Below are positions 10,050 through 19,911 of a stretch of DNA of 64,000 bases, in pieces. The translations under genes and the position numbers were made by a program. The DNA is taken from contig OZ242358.1 in the NCBI GenBank assembly GCA_965208835.1, positions 3,488,001 through 3,552,000 on the forward strand, read 5' to 3'. The notes below the pieces were generated by a model, which did not search any database, was not told the origin of the DNA, and worked only from the letters and a program-made list of their open reading frames with translations. Each line of letters begins with the position of its first letter. Within the stretch, counting starts at the first letter, position 1. Source of the stretch: Candidatus Latescibacterota bacterium. Lineage in GTDB: Bacteria; Latescibacterota; UBA2968; GCA-2709665.

Positions 10050-10906
10050 ATCTGGGCGCGACACGGGTGCAGGCCGTTCTTTCGCTGCTGGCCGATCCCG
10101 ATGCCGATATCGTGGAAATCGTGCGGAGCAAGCTTTTCATGATGGGCGAGCCGGCTGTGCGTGAGATCCTCGATGCCGCGCCCGGAGGCTCACCTGCACA
10201 ACGGGAAGCCGGCCGGATTCTGTTGTGCCTCAAGGAACCGCCTCTGGAATCGCAGTTCCGGAATCTCCACGAGGGAACTCGCGGAGACATCGATCTGGAG
10301 ACGGCGTCGTTTACGCTGGCCAAGCTCGAATACCCCGCTCTTGACATTCAGCGATACCGAAGCCACCTCAACAAGATGGCCGAGGAACTGGCGCCTTCGA
10401 TCGCTCCCGACGACCATCCGCTCAGAGTCATCCAGACCCTGAACCGTTATCTCATTGAATCCCAGGGATTCCGGGGTCAGAAAAACGAACCCGTCTGTCC
10501 GGCCTCGAGCTATATGAACAGGGTCCTGGATCGGAAGACAGGGCTTCCAATTTCCATATCCGCGCTTTACATTTTTCTGGCGCGACGGCTCGATCTTCCG
10601 ATACTCGGCGTGGGAATGCCCGTACACTTCATCGTAAAGTACAAAACAGCGGACGGCATGGAGTTCCTTTTCGACCCCTTCAACAAGGGTCAACTCCTGA
10701 CGGCGAACGAGTGTGCGGAATATCTCTCCCGATTCGACGTGGCTTTCGAGCCATCCATGCTGCGCCAGTCATCCGACCGGCAGATTCTCACCCGCATGAT
10801 GTTCAACCTCTGCGCAGCTTACAGAGATCGAAAGGACGCGCGAAAGGTCGACGCCCTCGAACGTCTGGTTAAAATCCTTCTCAAACGTCACCCGTTTCAG
10901 GAGTAA
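10046..10906 (+). CDS. SirB1/transglutaminase-like family protein
   Basis: SYMNRVLDRKTGLPISISALY...GVGMPVHFIV...FDPFNKG...RQILTRMMFNL. Confidence 0.85.
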   Translation: MNLGATRVQAVLSLLADPDADIVEIVRSKLFMMGEPAVREILDAAPGGSPAQREAGRILLCLKEPPLESQFRNLHEGTRGDIDLETASFTLAKLEYPALDIQRYRSHLNKMAEELAPSIAPDDHPLRVIQTLNRYLIESQGFRGQKNEPVCPASSYMNRVLDRKTGLPISISALYIFLARRLDLPILGVGMPVHFIVKYKTADGMEFLFDPFNKGQLLTANECAEYLSRFDVAFEPSMLRQSSDRQILTRMMFNLCAAYRDRKDARKVDALERLVKILLKRHPFQE

Positions 10907-11119
10907 CCGGTTCGCTCGATTCGGAAGGCTTCGACCGGAGATTGACGCCGGTTTACCGGCGTCCCCTGTGAGTGCGGTCAGCCGAAATCAGATTTCCACC
11001 CCTGTACATGACACGCTGAAAGCATCCGCCCGCGGTCCTGCACAAGCAGGATCGCGGAGTGACAGGTTTCACACAGCGTTCAATTCAGTGGAACCGGGAC
11101 CCGTCGCCGTTCTGACCCT

Positions 11120-11593
11120 ATGCCCGAAAACATAAAAATCATTGTACAGAACCGAAAAGCCAGGCGGGACTTTTTTCTTGTCGACACCTATGAAGCCGGC
11201 GTTGAACTCAAGGGCACGGAAGTAAAATCACTTCGCCTTGGCAACGCCAATATGGCGGACAGCTATGCCCGCGTGGAAGACAATGAGGTCTTCCTGCACA
11301 ACCTTCACATCGGAGAATACACCGAGGCCAACCGCTTCAATCACGACCCGATCCGGAAACGCCGGCTCTTGCTGCACAGGTACGAGATCGACCGGCTCAG
11401 AGTCCGTACGGAAGAAAGGGGTCTGACCCTTGTGGCCCTTAAGCTTTACTTCAAACGCGGCAGAGCCAAGGTCGAACTCGCCCTTGCCAGGGGCAAGCGC
11501 GAATACGACCGGCGCCGGGAGATCGCCAAACGCGACGCGCAGCGTGAAATGCGGCGCGAACTCAAGGTGCGAGAAACGAGATTTCGAATCTAG
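11120..11593 (+). CDS. smpB: SsrA-binding protein
   Basis: NRKARRDF, EAGVELKGTEVKSLR, NHDPIRKRRLLLH, LARGKREYDRR. Confidence 0.97.
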   Translation: MPENIKIIVQNRKARRDFFLVDTYEAGVELKGTEVKSLRLGNANMADSYARVEDNEVFLHNLHIGEYTEANRFNHDPIRKRRLLLHRYEIDRLRVRTEERGLTLVALKLYFKRGRAKVELALARGKREYDRRREIAKRDAQREMRRELKVRETRFRI

Positions 11594-11650
11594 CAGATCG
11601 CCGCAGTTCAGCCGCGAAGCCGGCAGGCCGGCAACCCTTCGAGACGAACC

Positions 11651-12853
11651 ATGAGAAACGAGAATTGGAGGCGTGTAATTCTCCCCGCCTCCCTGCTGGT
11701 CGCCTGTATCGTGTTTTCACCACCGGGTAACTCCGCCAGCGCGGGACAGACGGAAGCCTCCACTACCATTCCCGCCTGGAGAATCGGTGGCGGCGCGTAC
11801 GTGTCCCTCGGCGACCTGGCCGGGATCCTGGGCGGCCGACTCCATCCCTATCCGTCCGGGGGAAAGATCGGATTGCGCAGGGGAGGTAATCTGATCGTCT
11901 TCACCCCCTTTTCCTCTGTCGTGACCGTAAACGACGTGGGATACAGACTGCCGCTGGAAACGCGATACCACAACACCGAGGCTCTTTACGTGCCGTCAGA
12001 AGCGATCCTGGCGCTGCTGGCGCGAACCCTCCCCGGTTTTCCGAAGGTGCAACCCGTTGAGAAACCGGCCCGCGCGCCGATGCGCGGAATACGGCGGCCT
12101 GCTGCGGGACTACCGCTACGCGGAACGAAAGTCGACCGCAAACGCTGGACGATAGACACGATCATATTGGACCCGGGGCACGGAGGCAGAGATCCGGGCG
12201 CGAAGGGAAAACGAGGGACGAAGGAGAAGGACATTGCATTGAAGGTCTCCATTCGTCTGAAAAAACTGCTTGAAGACCGGCTTGGTGTAAACGCCGTGCT
12301 GACGCGCAGCACGGACAGGTTTGTTACGCTCGGTCAGCGCGCGCGCATTGCCAGAAAGAACCAGGGGAAACTATTCGTGAGCATTCACTGCAACGCGAGC
12401 AGAAGTCGCCGTGCGCGAGGTTTCGAGGTCTACTTCCTTTCCCAGGCCAAGACTGACGAAGCCGCCGAAGTGGCCAGACGGGAAAACGCCGTCCTCGACC
12501 TGGAAGAACAGGACGAATCGGGCGCCGTGGACGAAATCGAAAGCATCCAGTTCGGCCTGCTTTCAACTCAGTTTCTGAAAGAGAGTCAGGATCTGGCGGC
12601 CGATATTCGCGCCGAGGTGTTGGGAAGCCTGAGGCCATTGGCGGACCGCGGCGTCCGCCAGGCCAATTTTTACGTGATGCGAGGCACCATGGGGCACATG
12701 CCTTCTGTCCTCGTGGAAATGGGCTTCGTCTCCAACCCGGCCGAAGAGAGTCAGATGCGAAAGACCTCGTACCAGCGCAAAATGGCCGAAGCAATCTTCA
12801 ACGGAATTCGAAATTTCAAACACCGATATGAACAACAACTCACCCGGAACTGA
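11651..12853 (+). CDS. N-acetylmuramoyl-L-alanine amidase (Amidase_3), exported
   Basis: Signal peptide; IILDPGHGGRDPGA, EKDIAL, FVSIHCNA, SVLVEMGFVSN. Confidence 0.93.
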   Translation: MRNENWRRVILPASLLVACIVFSPPGNSASAGQTEASTTIPAWRIGGGAYVSLGDLAGILGGRLHPYPSGGKIGLRRGGNLIVFTPFSSVVTVNDVGYRLPLETRYHNTEALYVPSEAILALLARTLPGFPKVQPVEKPARAPMRGIRRPAAGLPLRGTKVDRKRWTIDTIILDPGHGGRDPGAKGKRGTKEKDIALKVSIRLKKLLEDRLGVNAVLTRSTDRFVTLGQRARIARKNQGKLFVSIHCNASRSRRARGFEVYFLSQAKTDEAAEVARRENAVLDLEEQDESGAVDEIESIQFGLLSTQFLKESQDLAADIRAEVLGSLRPLADRGVRQANFYVMRGTMGHMPSVLVEMGFVSNPAEESQMRKTSYQRKMAEAIFNGIRNFKHRYEQQLTRN

Positions 12854-12860
12854 TCCGTCC

Positions 12861-13703
12861 ATGCGAATCGACCTGCCCGGCGGCGATCCGGGGTACTATT
12901 ATGATCCCCGGGTTACAGCCGGCATGCACGGCGAAATCAGACTCTCTCCCAGGGTCGAAAGACATTGCAGATGCGGCGGCAGGCCACCGTACCAGATTTT
13001 TCAACAGCCGGATGCCGAACCGGTCTGGTGTCCATGCCGGCGCTACAGGTTGAAGACGCAGGAGATCAACCGGCTCATCGGGAGCTCCGGCATCCCCGAT
13101 CCGTTTCGGTACAAGTTCCTCGACGATTTCGACGACGGTTATGCAGAAAAGGCGGCCGACCTCAAGCGGCAACTGCGCACACAGATCAAACAAGCCCGCA
13201 AGTTAAACCCCTCGCGCGAACCCGGCACGAGGGCGAACGCCAATCAACCGCTAAGAGGGTATTTTCTGACGGGCAAACCCGGCGTTGGCAAGACCTACTT
13301 CTCCTATGTCGCGCTCAACGAGCTCATCTTCCACTCCGGCCGTCCCGGTAAATTCATCAGTCTGTCAAAGTCATTCTTCCAGACACTGCGATTCGCATTT
13401 GACGAAAACAGCCCGATGCACGGCAAGTCCGAGACATTTTTGCGAACGCTCGGCAATGTCCCGTTTCTCGTCATCGACGACTTCGGCGTTCAGCGGAACA
13501 CGGAATGGGAGCTGGAAATGCTCTACAACCTGGTGGATACACGGTATGCCAATAGACGATTCACGATTGTAACCACCAACCAGGACATCGAAAACGTAAA
13601 GGATCTGGCGGAGGGCAGGCTCTATTCGCGATTCTTGGAAATGTGTTATATTGTCCGCATCAAGGCGCCGGACTATCGGGAACAACACAAACATGAATTA
13701 TAG
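12861..13703 (+). CDS. DnaC/DnaI/IstB-like AAA+ ATPase with N-terminal Cys cluster
   Basis: HCRC...WCPC; Walker A GKPGVGKT; Walker B LVIDDFG; LYNLVDTRY..RRFTIVTTN; RLYSRFLEM; APDYR end. Confidence 0.85.
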   Translation: MRIDLPGGDPGYYYDPRVTAGMHGEIRLSPRVERHCRCGGRPPYQIFQQPDAEPVWCPCRRYRLKTQEINRLIGSSGIPDPFRYKFLDDFDDGYAEKAADLKRQLRTQIKQARKLNPSREPGTRANANQPLRGYFLTGKPGVGKTYFSYVALNELIFHSGRPGKFISLSKSFFQTLRFAFDENSPMHGKSETFLRTLGNVPFLVIDDFGVQRNTEWELEMLYNLVDTRYANRRFTIVTTNQDIENVKDLAEGRLYSRFLEMCYIVRIKAPDYREQHKHEL

Positions 13704-13797
13704 GAGATGAGAGCCGGATCTGGATAAGGGTCGGAAGCTCCGACCAGGGATTCACATATCCTGCTCCACGCGTTGCAACTTCAATTGCGGGCTTCAC

Positions 13798-14388
13798 ATG
13801 TCGCGTCTGGTGGTCGCCACCAAAAACCCAGGCAAGCTCAGAGAGATCCGGGAAATACTGGGATCGGAAGTCAGGCTGCTTTCACTGACCGACTTCCCCG
13901 GCGTCGGGGATATCGTGGAGGACGGCAGGACTTTCGAGGCCAACGCCATCAAGAAAGCGCTTGCCGTAGCAAACCATACAGGCCACGTCTCCCTCGCCGA
14001 TGACTCCGGCCTGGAAGTGGACGCTCTCGACGGTGCTCCGGGCGTTTATTCCGCGCGATTCGCGGGCGAAGAGGCCACCGACGAGCAGAACAACGTCAAG
14101 CTGCTCCAACTCCTCGAAGACACCCCCGACGAACAACGTACGGCGCGTTTCCGCTGTGTGATAGCCGTCTGCGCACCCGACGGTTCGGTAGAGACGGCCG
14201 AGGGCACAGCCGAGGGAAGTATACTGCAGTGCCCGCGGGGAACAGGCGGATTCGGTTACGATCCCCTGTTTCTGGTTTCCGGCCTCCGTCGGACGTTTGC
14301 GGAACTGCCGCCCGCCGAAAAAAACCGGCTCAGTCACAGGGGGAAGGCGCTGCAGTCCGTGTTCCCTCTACTGAGCCGGTTTCTCTGA
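13798..14388 (+). CDS. rdgB: dITP/XTP pyrophosphatase (Ham1 family)
   Basis: ATKNPGKLRE, LADDSGLEVDALDGAPGVYSARF, GFGYDPLF, KNRLSHRGKA. Confidence 0.96.
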   Translation: MSRLVVATKNPGKLREIREILGSEVRLLSLTDFPGVGDIVEDGRTFEANAIKKALAVANHTGHVSLADDSGLEVDALDGAPGVYSARFAGEEATDEQNNVKLLQLLEDTPDEQRTARFRCVIAVCAPDGSVETAEGTAEGSILQCPRGTGGFGYDPLFLVSGLRRTFAELPPAEKNRLSHRGKALQSVFPLLSRFL

Positions 14389-14411
14389 ACACGCCGCGCC
14401 GATCCGGTCGA

Positions 14412-14627
14412 TCAATCCGATCCGGAATCGTCGACTTTCGGACGCCGCTGGTAACGCCTCACCCGCCGGACGAAGATCCATACCAAACCTGCCACGGCAA
14501 GATATTTCAACACCTCCCACACCCATCCCTCCCATCCCAGAATCACGGGCCAGAGCGCGAATATCGACAGCAATATGAACACGTCCTCGAGCGCCAACCA
14601 GATACGGCGTTCATTGCCATTTGACAT
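14412..14627 (-). CDS. Small two-helix membrane protein, hypothetical
   Basis: GAGG RBS; two hydrophobic segments followed by a basic tail. Confidence 0.65.
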   Translation of the reverse strand: MSNGNERRIWLALEDVFILLSIFALWPVILGWEGWVWEVLKYLAVAGLVWIFVRRVRRYQRRPKVDDSGSD

Positions 14628-14812
14628 GGATGTATCCTCAGATGGTGTTCAGTCCCGGAAACAGATCGTCGAGACCCGGCCGACAAAAAGCAGAAAAATC
14701 AGCTCTCAGCCTGAACCGATTGGCAGATTGACCCCAGGATCACAAATCGAGACGTGGGCGCCATGATGCGGGCCGCAGAAAGGACCGTCCGTACGAGTAG
14801 AACGACAGCGCC

Positions 14813-17074
14813 CTATCGCCCCGCGTCCGTTGTCTGCTGCAGATACGAATAGACCTGATAATTCCGATATACCAGTTTGACGTAATTTCGTGTCTCACGG
14901 TAGGGTATACTCTCGACAAACTCGTCCACGTCGTCAGCCGGGAGCCGGGCCGACCACTTCCGCGCCACGTCCAGTCCCGCGTTGTAGGCCGATAGAGCCA
15001 GGCCGAGCCGTCTGTCTTTGCTATTCCTGAAATACCGGAAATGATCGGCAAGATGCCTGGCCCCAAAGCGAATGGACGTGTGCGGATCCCACAGGTCTTC
15101 GGTAGAATACCCCTTGAGACCCAGCTTGCGCGCAATCTGACGTCCTGTTGCCGGCATCACCTGCATCAACCCGCGGGCGCCCGCTCTGGACAACGCCATA
15201 TCGTCGAATGCGCTCTCCTGGCGTATGATCGCGAGAACCAGATTGGGGTCGAGTCCGAGAGACCCGGCGGTCCGGCTGATTTCCCCCCAGTAATAGGTCG
15301 GGTACAGCCTGCGGAACGAAGTGAGTGAAATCGGCATCCCGCGTTCTCGTTCCAGATTGACGATCAGGCCTGAGATTCGGAGTGCCTGGTTCATCGCTCC
15401 GATACGTTCAAACCGCAGCTGCAGTTCACTCAGAGCGTGCATCTCCTCTCTGTGCGCCCACCTCGCGTGTCTGTATTCCTGTTCCGCTTCCTCGTAGAGC
15501 CCCAGGTCCGCCAGCCTGTCACCTTTCAATAGAAACGGCGACGGCACGTACGTGGGCAGCCGCTTGTCTCCATCCGGAGATGCGGGACCCGGAGGGTGCA
15601 CCGTGTCCTTCAACGCCAGAATCGCGCGGGCCCGGGAAGCGTAGTACGAGGTTGGAAACCCGGCGGCCGCGCGCCTCAGCCATTTTGCGCCCAACTCCGG
15701 ACGTCCCGTCCGCTGATAGGACTTGCCCGTCCAGTAGCAGCCCTGGTCGCGCATGTAATTTTCCGGCGTCCGGTCCGCCAGCTGCATGAAGACGCGGGCA
15801 GCCTCTTCGAACCGACCCAGACGGAAGAGGGCATAGCCCGCCCGCCACCCCGCCCGATCGGCAAGACGGCTCCTGGGGTACCGCGCCGCAAGATTCAGAA
15901 ACACCTTGCGCGCCTTTGTGCGCCTCCCGCGCCGCTCATAGGCCATCGCGGCCTGCCAGAGCGCTTCCGCGGCGCCCGGGGTCGCGGGATACCGGCTGGC
16001 GAAAGATTGGAATTGGCCGGCCGCCTTTAGATCAAGCCCGAGTTTTACGGAACAGCGTCCCAGATAAAACAACGCTTTCGGCACCCGGTACCGCCGATGG
16101 GCTTCCTGAAACGCCCGCTGTGCTGTTCGGTAGTCCTTTTGCTTGAAATGCGCAAGCCCCAGTTCCTGTTGCGCCCGACCGCGCCAGCCGCTCTCACCGG
16201 ACTCCCTCGCGACCTGACGCAAGATACCCACCGCTTCCCGAAACCGTCCATGGCTTGAATAGGCGATCGCCCCGTAGAAGCGTTCCTGCACGGTTCGCAA
16301 CAGCCCCATCGAACACAACGCGGCCAACGACTCCGGCGAATCCGGATGGTCCCGCACCATCCGCAACTGAATTCGCCTCGCCTCCGTGGAATCTCCTGAG
16401 GCGTTCAACGCGTCCGCAAGGCCCGCCAGCGCAGTGACCTTCTTCTCGCTTCCGTCGGGCAACCGGCGGTACAGCGCGGCCGCTTCCGATGCCTGTCCCG
16501 CCCGCAAATGGAGTCCTGCCGCCAGAAGCGCCGCGTCTTCCATCAGGCGCCCCGACGGCCGCACATCGAGAACCCGCGCATAGTACACCAGTGCGCTGTC
16601 TGCCCGCCCGAGCCCGAGGTGGCATTCCGCCTGCCAGAAGTCCATGTATTCGCGGATGGCCTCAGACGCCTTCTCCACGGCGCGAAAACCGGCCAATGCG
16701 TCTTCAAAGCGCCCAAGCGCCTTCAGACACAGGGCCCGTTGAAGCTGCGCCCTGCGAATCGCCCACTCGTCCATCCCCGCCAGATCCAACCCGGACAGGA
16801 CCTGCAACGCGTTCCGGTACGCGGTACGGGCAACCAGGGCCTCAGCCCGCGCCAGCCGGTCCAGGCGCTCGCCCCTGCCCAGCCGCGCCGGCAGCGCCAG
16901 GACAGCCGCCGCGACAAGCGCCAGAGCCACTCCGGTGAGCCAGACGTCCCTCAGCGTTACCCGGGCCGGGCCACTATCGGTCTCGGAACTGGACTTCATG
17001 GCTGGTGGACAACGGTTTTCATCTGAAGTGAGGGCGCGGCCATTCCGCGTCGATTCCCGTCTCGTCATATGCAA
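14813..17074 (-). CDS. Soluble lytic murein transglycosylase (Slt70-like) with TPR repeats
   Basis: AIIRQESAF, SRAGARGLMQVMPATG, ALSAYNAG, ESIPYRETRNYVK; N-terminal TM and TPRs; true start probably ~16999. Confidence 0.92.
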   Translation of the reverse strand: MHMTRRESTRNGRALTSDENRCPPAMKSSSETDSGPARVTLRDVWLTGVALALVAAAVLALPARLGRGERLDRLARAEALVARTAYRNALQVLSGLDLAGMDEWAIRRAQLQRALCLKALGRFEDALAGFRAVEKASEAIREYMDFWQAECHLGLGRADSALVYYARVLDVRPSGRLMEDAALLAAGLHLRAGQASEAAALYRRLPDGSEKKVTALAGLADALNASGDSTEARRIQLRMVRDHPDSPESLAALCSMGLLRTVQERFYGAIAYSSHGRFREAVGILRQVARESGESGWRGRAQQELGLAHFKQKDYRTAQRAFQEAHRRYRVPKALFYLGRCSVKLGLDLKAAGQFQSFASRYPATPGAAEALWQAAMAYERRGRRTKARKVFLNLAARYPRSRLADRAGWRAGYALFRLGRFEEAARVFMQLADRTPENYMRDQGCYWTGKSYQRTGRPELGAKWLRRAAAGFPTSYYASRARAILALKDTVHPPGPASPDGDKRLPTYVPSPFLLKGDRLADLGLYEEAEQEYRHARWAHREEMHALSELQLRFERIGAMNQALRISGLIVNLERERGMPISLTSFRRLYPTYYWGEISRTAGSLGLDPNLVLAIIRQESAFDDMALSRAGARGLMQVMPATGRQIARKLGLKGYSTEDLWDPHTSIRFGARHLADHFRYFRNSKDRRLGLALSAYNAGLDVARKWSARLPADDVDEFVESIPYRETRNYVKLVYRNYQVYSYLQQTTDAGR

Positions 17075-17183
17075 GACCGACGGGGATGGGATTCCGGACT
17101 CCGGCGTCGTTCAGTACTCCGTAAGCCTGGTGCATTGATCAAATGACGGGACGGGCTCACGTCACCCGCTCGCGCCCGTGCCG

Positions 17184-18668
17184 CTATTGGAAGAACGGCT
17201 TCAAGTCCTCGATAACGGCCAGTACGCCAAAGTAGGTGAAGACGATACCGCACAGAATATTGAGCGTGACGAGCAATGGACCCATTCTGAACGGTTCGGG
17301 AAGGTATTTGCGATCGGCCCATACCATGGCAAAGCACCAGGGTCCGGCAAGAAGGACCCCGGTAATGTGGAGAGGAATCGTCATCATCGAAATCGGGTTC
17401 CAACCCACGCCGCGGGGGTCCAGGGTTGCCGTCCACCAGGCGTAGATCACGAGCCCGATCGCCGCAACGCCCGAATAGCAAAGCGTCCACAGGCGCATCT
17501 TGTCCAGGGTCAGATCCCGCCACTTCAACCGGGTGGATCGAACGCACTCGTGCGCGGTCCGCACGTAGAGTTCAAACGCGCCGTAGACCGTACCGAATAT
17601 CGCGAAGAAAACACCTGCCTTGTAAAGCGCCGACAGGAGGATTTGCGCCGTCTGGCCGGGATGAAGCTGTGTGAGGAATACGACCTGGTAGTTGTAGAGA
17701 TCCATTCCCGAGGGCACGATCCGATTCGTATGCAGGAGCGTTGCACCGAGAATGAGAAACGTCGCGGTGAACACGAGCACACTGCCGAAAGATACCGTAC
17801 AATCGATAAGCGGCGCCTTCAGCCACCCGCGCCCCAGCCGGACATTCCTGTCGTCCACGGCCAGCGCCGGCCTCCGGCTTCCGCCAGTCACCCTGCCGAT
17901 CAAACCCCAGGCCTTTTCTCTCAACATGCCCACGTATCCCACGTAGTCCTGCACACCGCCGCCCATAACGCCCATATATGCGACCATCTCCACGATCAGC
18001 GTACGATCGGCAAATGCCGGGTTTGTCTTGACCCATTGCGGGTATTCCGGCAGGGTAGGCGTGATCGCGCCGGTAAGTACCGACAGCCAGTCCGGATTGA
18101 CGGCAAATGTCGCGATCAGCATGACGACCAGCATCGACCCGACGAGTGTCAACTGAACCCGTTCCAGAAATCCGTAACTCTGCATAAGGGTCAACACCGC
18201 AAGCAGCACAATGAACAGGATTGCGATGGCATGGGGGTACATCCCCGGGTCACCGAACAGCACCCACGACGTGATCGTGCCGAGCATGATCGGCAGACTC
18301 GCAAGATAGAACGGGAATGCAACGATAACCACAACGCCGATTATACCGGGAAACAGCCCGCGCGGCCCGGGCAATGACGCCCACCGCTCCATCGGATGTT
18401 CGCCGGTGAGTGTCATGTACCGCGCCGCGGAGTAGACCTGCACGCCCTTCGTGAGACAGAAAAGACAGAATGCCCAGAACATCGCATAGCCGAAAATCGC
18501 CCCGCTGCGCGACGCCCAGACCGTCTCTCCACTCCCGATCGTTACCGACGCGATGACGGCTCCGGGTCCGAAGAACCTGAGAAAGTCCATCACACGCAGC
18601 GAGCTCAATTCCGGCGCCAATTCCGGAAATCGCTGTTTCTGTTCATCAGGATTCACGCGAACCCCCAA
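17184..18668 (-). CDS. NRAMP/MntH-like (APC superfamily) transporter
   Basis: FGPGAVIASVTIGSGET..ASRSGAIFGY; about 11 TM segments. Confidence 0.8.
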   Translation of the reverse strand: MGVRVNPDEQKQRFPELAPELSSLRVMDFLRFFGPGAVIASVTIGSGETVWASRSGAIFGYAMFWAFCLFCLTKGVQVYSAARYMTLTGEHPMERWASLPGPRGLFPGIIGVVVIVAFPFYLASLPIMLGTITSWVLFGDPGMYPHAIAILFIVLLAVLTLMQSYGFLERVQLTLVGSMLVVMLIATFAVNPDWLSVLTGAITPTLPEYPQWVKTNPAFADRTLIVEMVAYMGVMGGGVQDYVGYVGMLREKAWGLIGRVTGGSRRPALAVDDRNVRLGRGWLKAPLIDCTVSFGSVLVFTATFLILGATLLHTNRIVPSGMDLYNYQVVFLTQLHPGQTAQILLSALYKAGVFFAIFGTVYGAFELYVRTAHECVRSTRLKWRDLTLDKMRLWTLCYSGVAAIGLVIYAWWTATLDPRGVGWNPISMMTIPLHITGVLLAGPWCFAMVWADRKYLPEPFRMGPLLVTLNILCGIVFTYFGVLAVIEDLKPFFQ

Positions 18669-18719
18669 CGTCTGCTCTTTCGCGCCACCGCGGGTGTACG
18701 CGGTCGAATCAGGAACGGT

Positions 18720-19685
18720 CTACCTGATTGCGAACGGATTTCCCGGCGATCCGGTGGCGCCCTTCAGCCGTAACGGCGCGAAGACGAACGCGAACTCGTA
18801 AACGCCGTCAGCCGCCAGGCCGTCCAGGTCCAGATTCTCGAGGATGTAGACGCCGTTACGCTGGATCAATAACTCGTGGACCCGGAACGCGCCTTCCGAG
18901 TCTTCACCGGGCACGGCCTCGACCGCCCATGTATCGGCGCCGACCATGACGATCTTCATTTCAAGCAGCCACCGCGCGGCCTCGAGCCCGATGCCCGGCT
19001 GGCCCGAGTTGTAGGTCTCGTTGTCGACCATCCACAGTTTTCCGTGGCCGGTTCGGATCAGCACGATGTCGCCTTCCGTGACCGAGACAGCCTGCTTCTT
19101 CAAGGCCCCTTCGATGTCGGCTGAGGTTATCACATAGCCTACTTCCAGCCGCTCCAGTCCCTTGTACTTCGCCACGTCCACCAGTACGCCGCGGGTGAAG
19201 ATGACACCGACGTTTTCGATTCCGAGTTTCTCCAGTCCGTATGCCGTCCCTACCTCTGACCGTGTAAATCCGTTGTAGAAGATGTCCTGATCGCCCCTAC
19301 GCGTACCGATGTGACCCAAACCGTCGAACTGGGTCCCCACCTGTCCGATCTCGCCGCTGAACATCTCGTCGTACCAGATCAGCTGGTTCTCTCCGACGGG
19401 ACCTCCGGTTGGCGAACCCGGAATGGTCAGACTGTAGTGCCGGTTGCCGAAGAGCGGAATGCCCGGCTCGTACACCCGTCCGAGCTGGTAGGTCTTGCCT
19501 TTCCGGATCAATCCCGCAGCCTCCATTACCTTCTGCGGGGTCAATCGGTTTGCCGCTCCTCGCTGGTCTTCCGGCCCCCACTCCGAAGGCCACCACTTGT
19601 CCCCTTCGGCCGCTTCTTCCGCGACGGCCGGCGTCATTGCGACGAGGCATCCCACAACCATCGCGCACAGATATCTTTTTCGCAT
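18720..19685 (-). CDS. Cyclase-family (kynurenine formamidase-like) metal hydrolase, exported
   Basis: WGPEDQRGAAN, GTQFDGLGH, GDIVLIRTG, VHELL...GVYILENLDL, GATGSPGNP; signal peptide; GGAGGAGG RBS. Confidence 0.9.
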   Translation of the reverse strand: MRKRYLCAMVVGCLVAMTPAVAEEAAEGDKWWPSEWGPEDQRGAANRLTPQKVMEAAGLIRKGKTYQLGRVYEPGIPLFGNRHYSLTIPGSPTGGPVGENQLIWYDEMFSGEIGQVGTQFDGLGHIGTRRGDQDIFYNGFTRSEVGTAYGLEKLGIENVGVIFTRGVLVDVAKYKGLERLEVGYVITSADIEGALKKQAVSVTEGDIVLIRTGHGKLWMVDNETYNSGQPGIGLEAARWLLEMKIVMVGADTWAVEAVPGEDSEGAFRVHELLIQRNGVYILENLDLDGLAADGVYEFAFVFAPLRLKGATGSPGNPFAIR

Positions 19686-19911
19686 ACCCGCCTCCTCCAA
19701 GTCTGTTTTGGATAAAAACCGTATCGGCACAGAACGGAATTATGATAATACCCCCAATGACCAAAGGCAAGCGCGTAATGCGTATATTGACCCGACGAAC
19801 AGAAGCCTGTTGCGCCCGGAACGGGCGCATGCTATCTTGGACGCCGCCCTGAACGCGGCCCTGGAATCCGGGCGCAGATGCCGCAATTCCGGTCAAATGT
19901 GAGGCCTGCCG

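Noticed and set aside
10907-11119. tmRNA (ssrA) next to smpB
   Set aside because: Too short, and lacks the GGGG 5' acceptor, T-arm/CCA end and tag reading frame
12861-13703. IS21 element (istB)
   Set aside because: No istA transposase or terminal repeats adjacent
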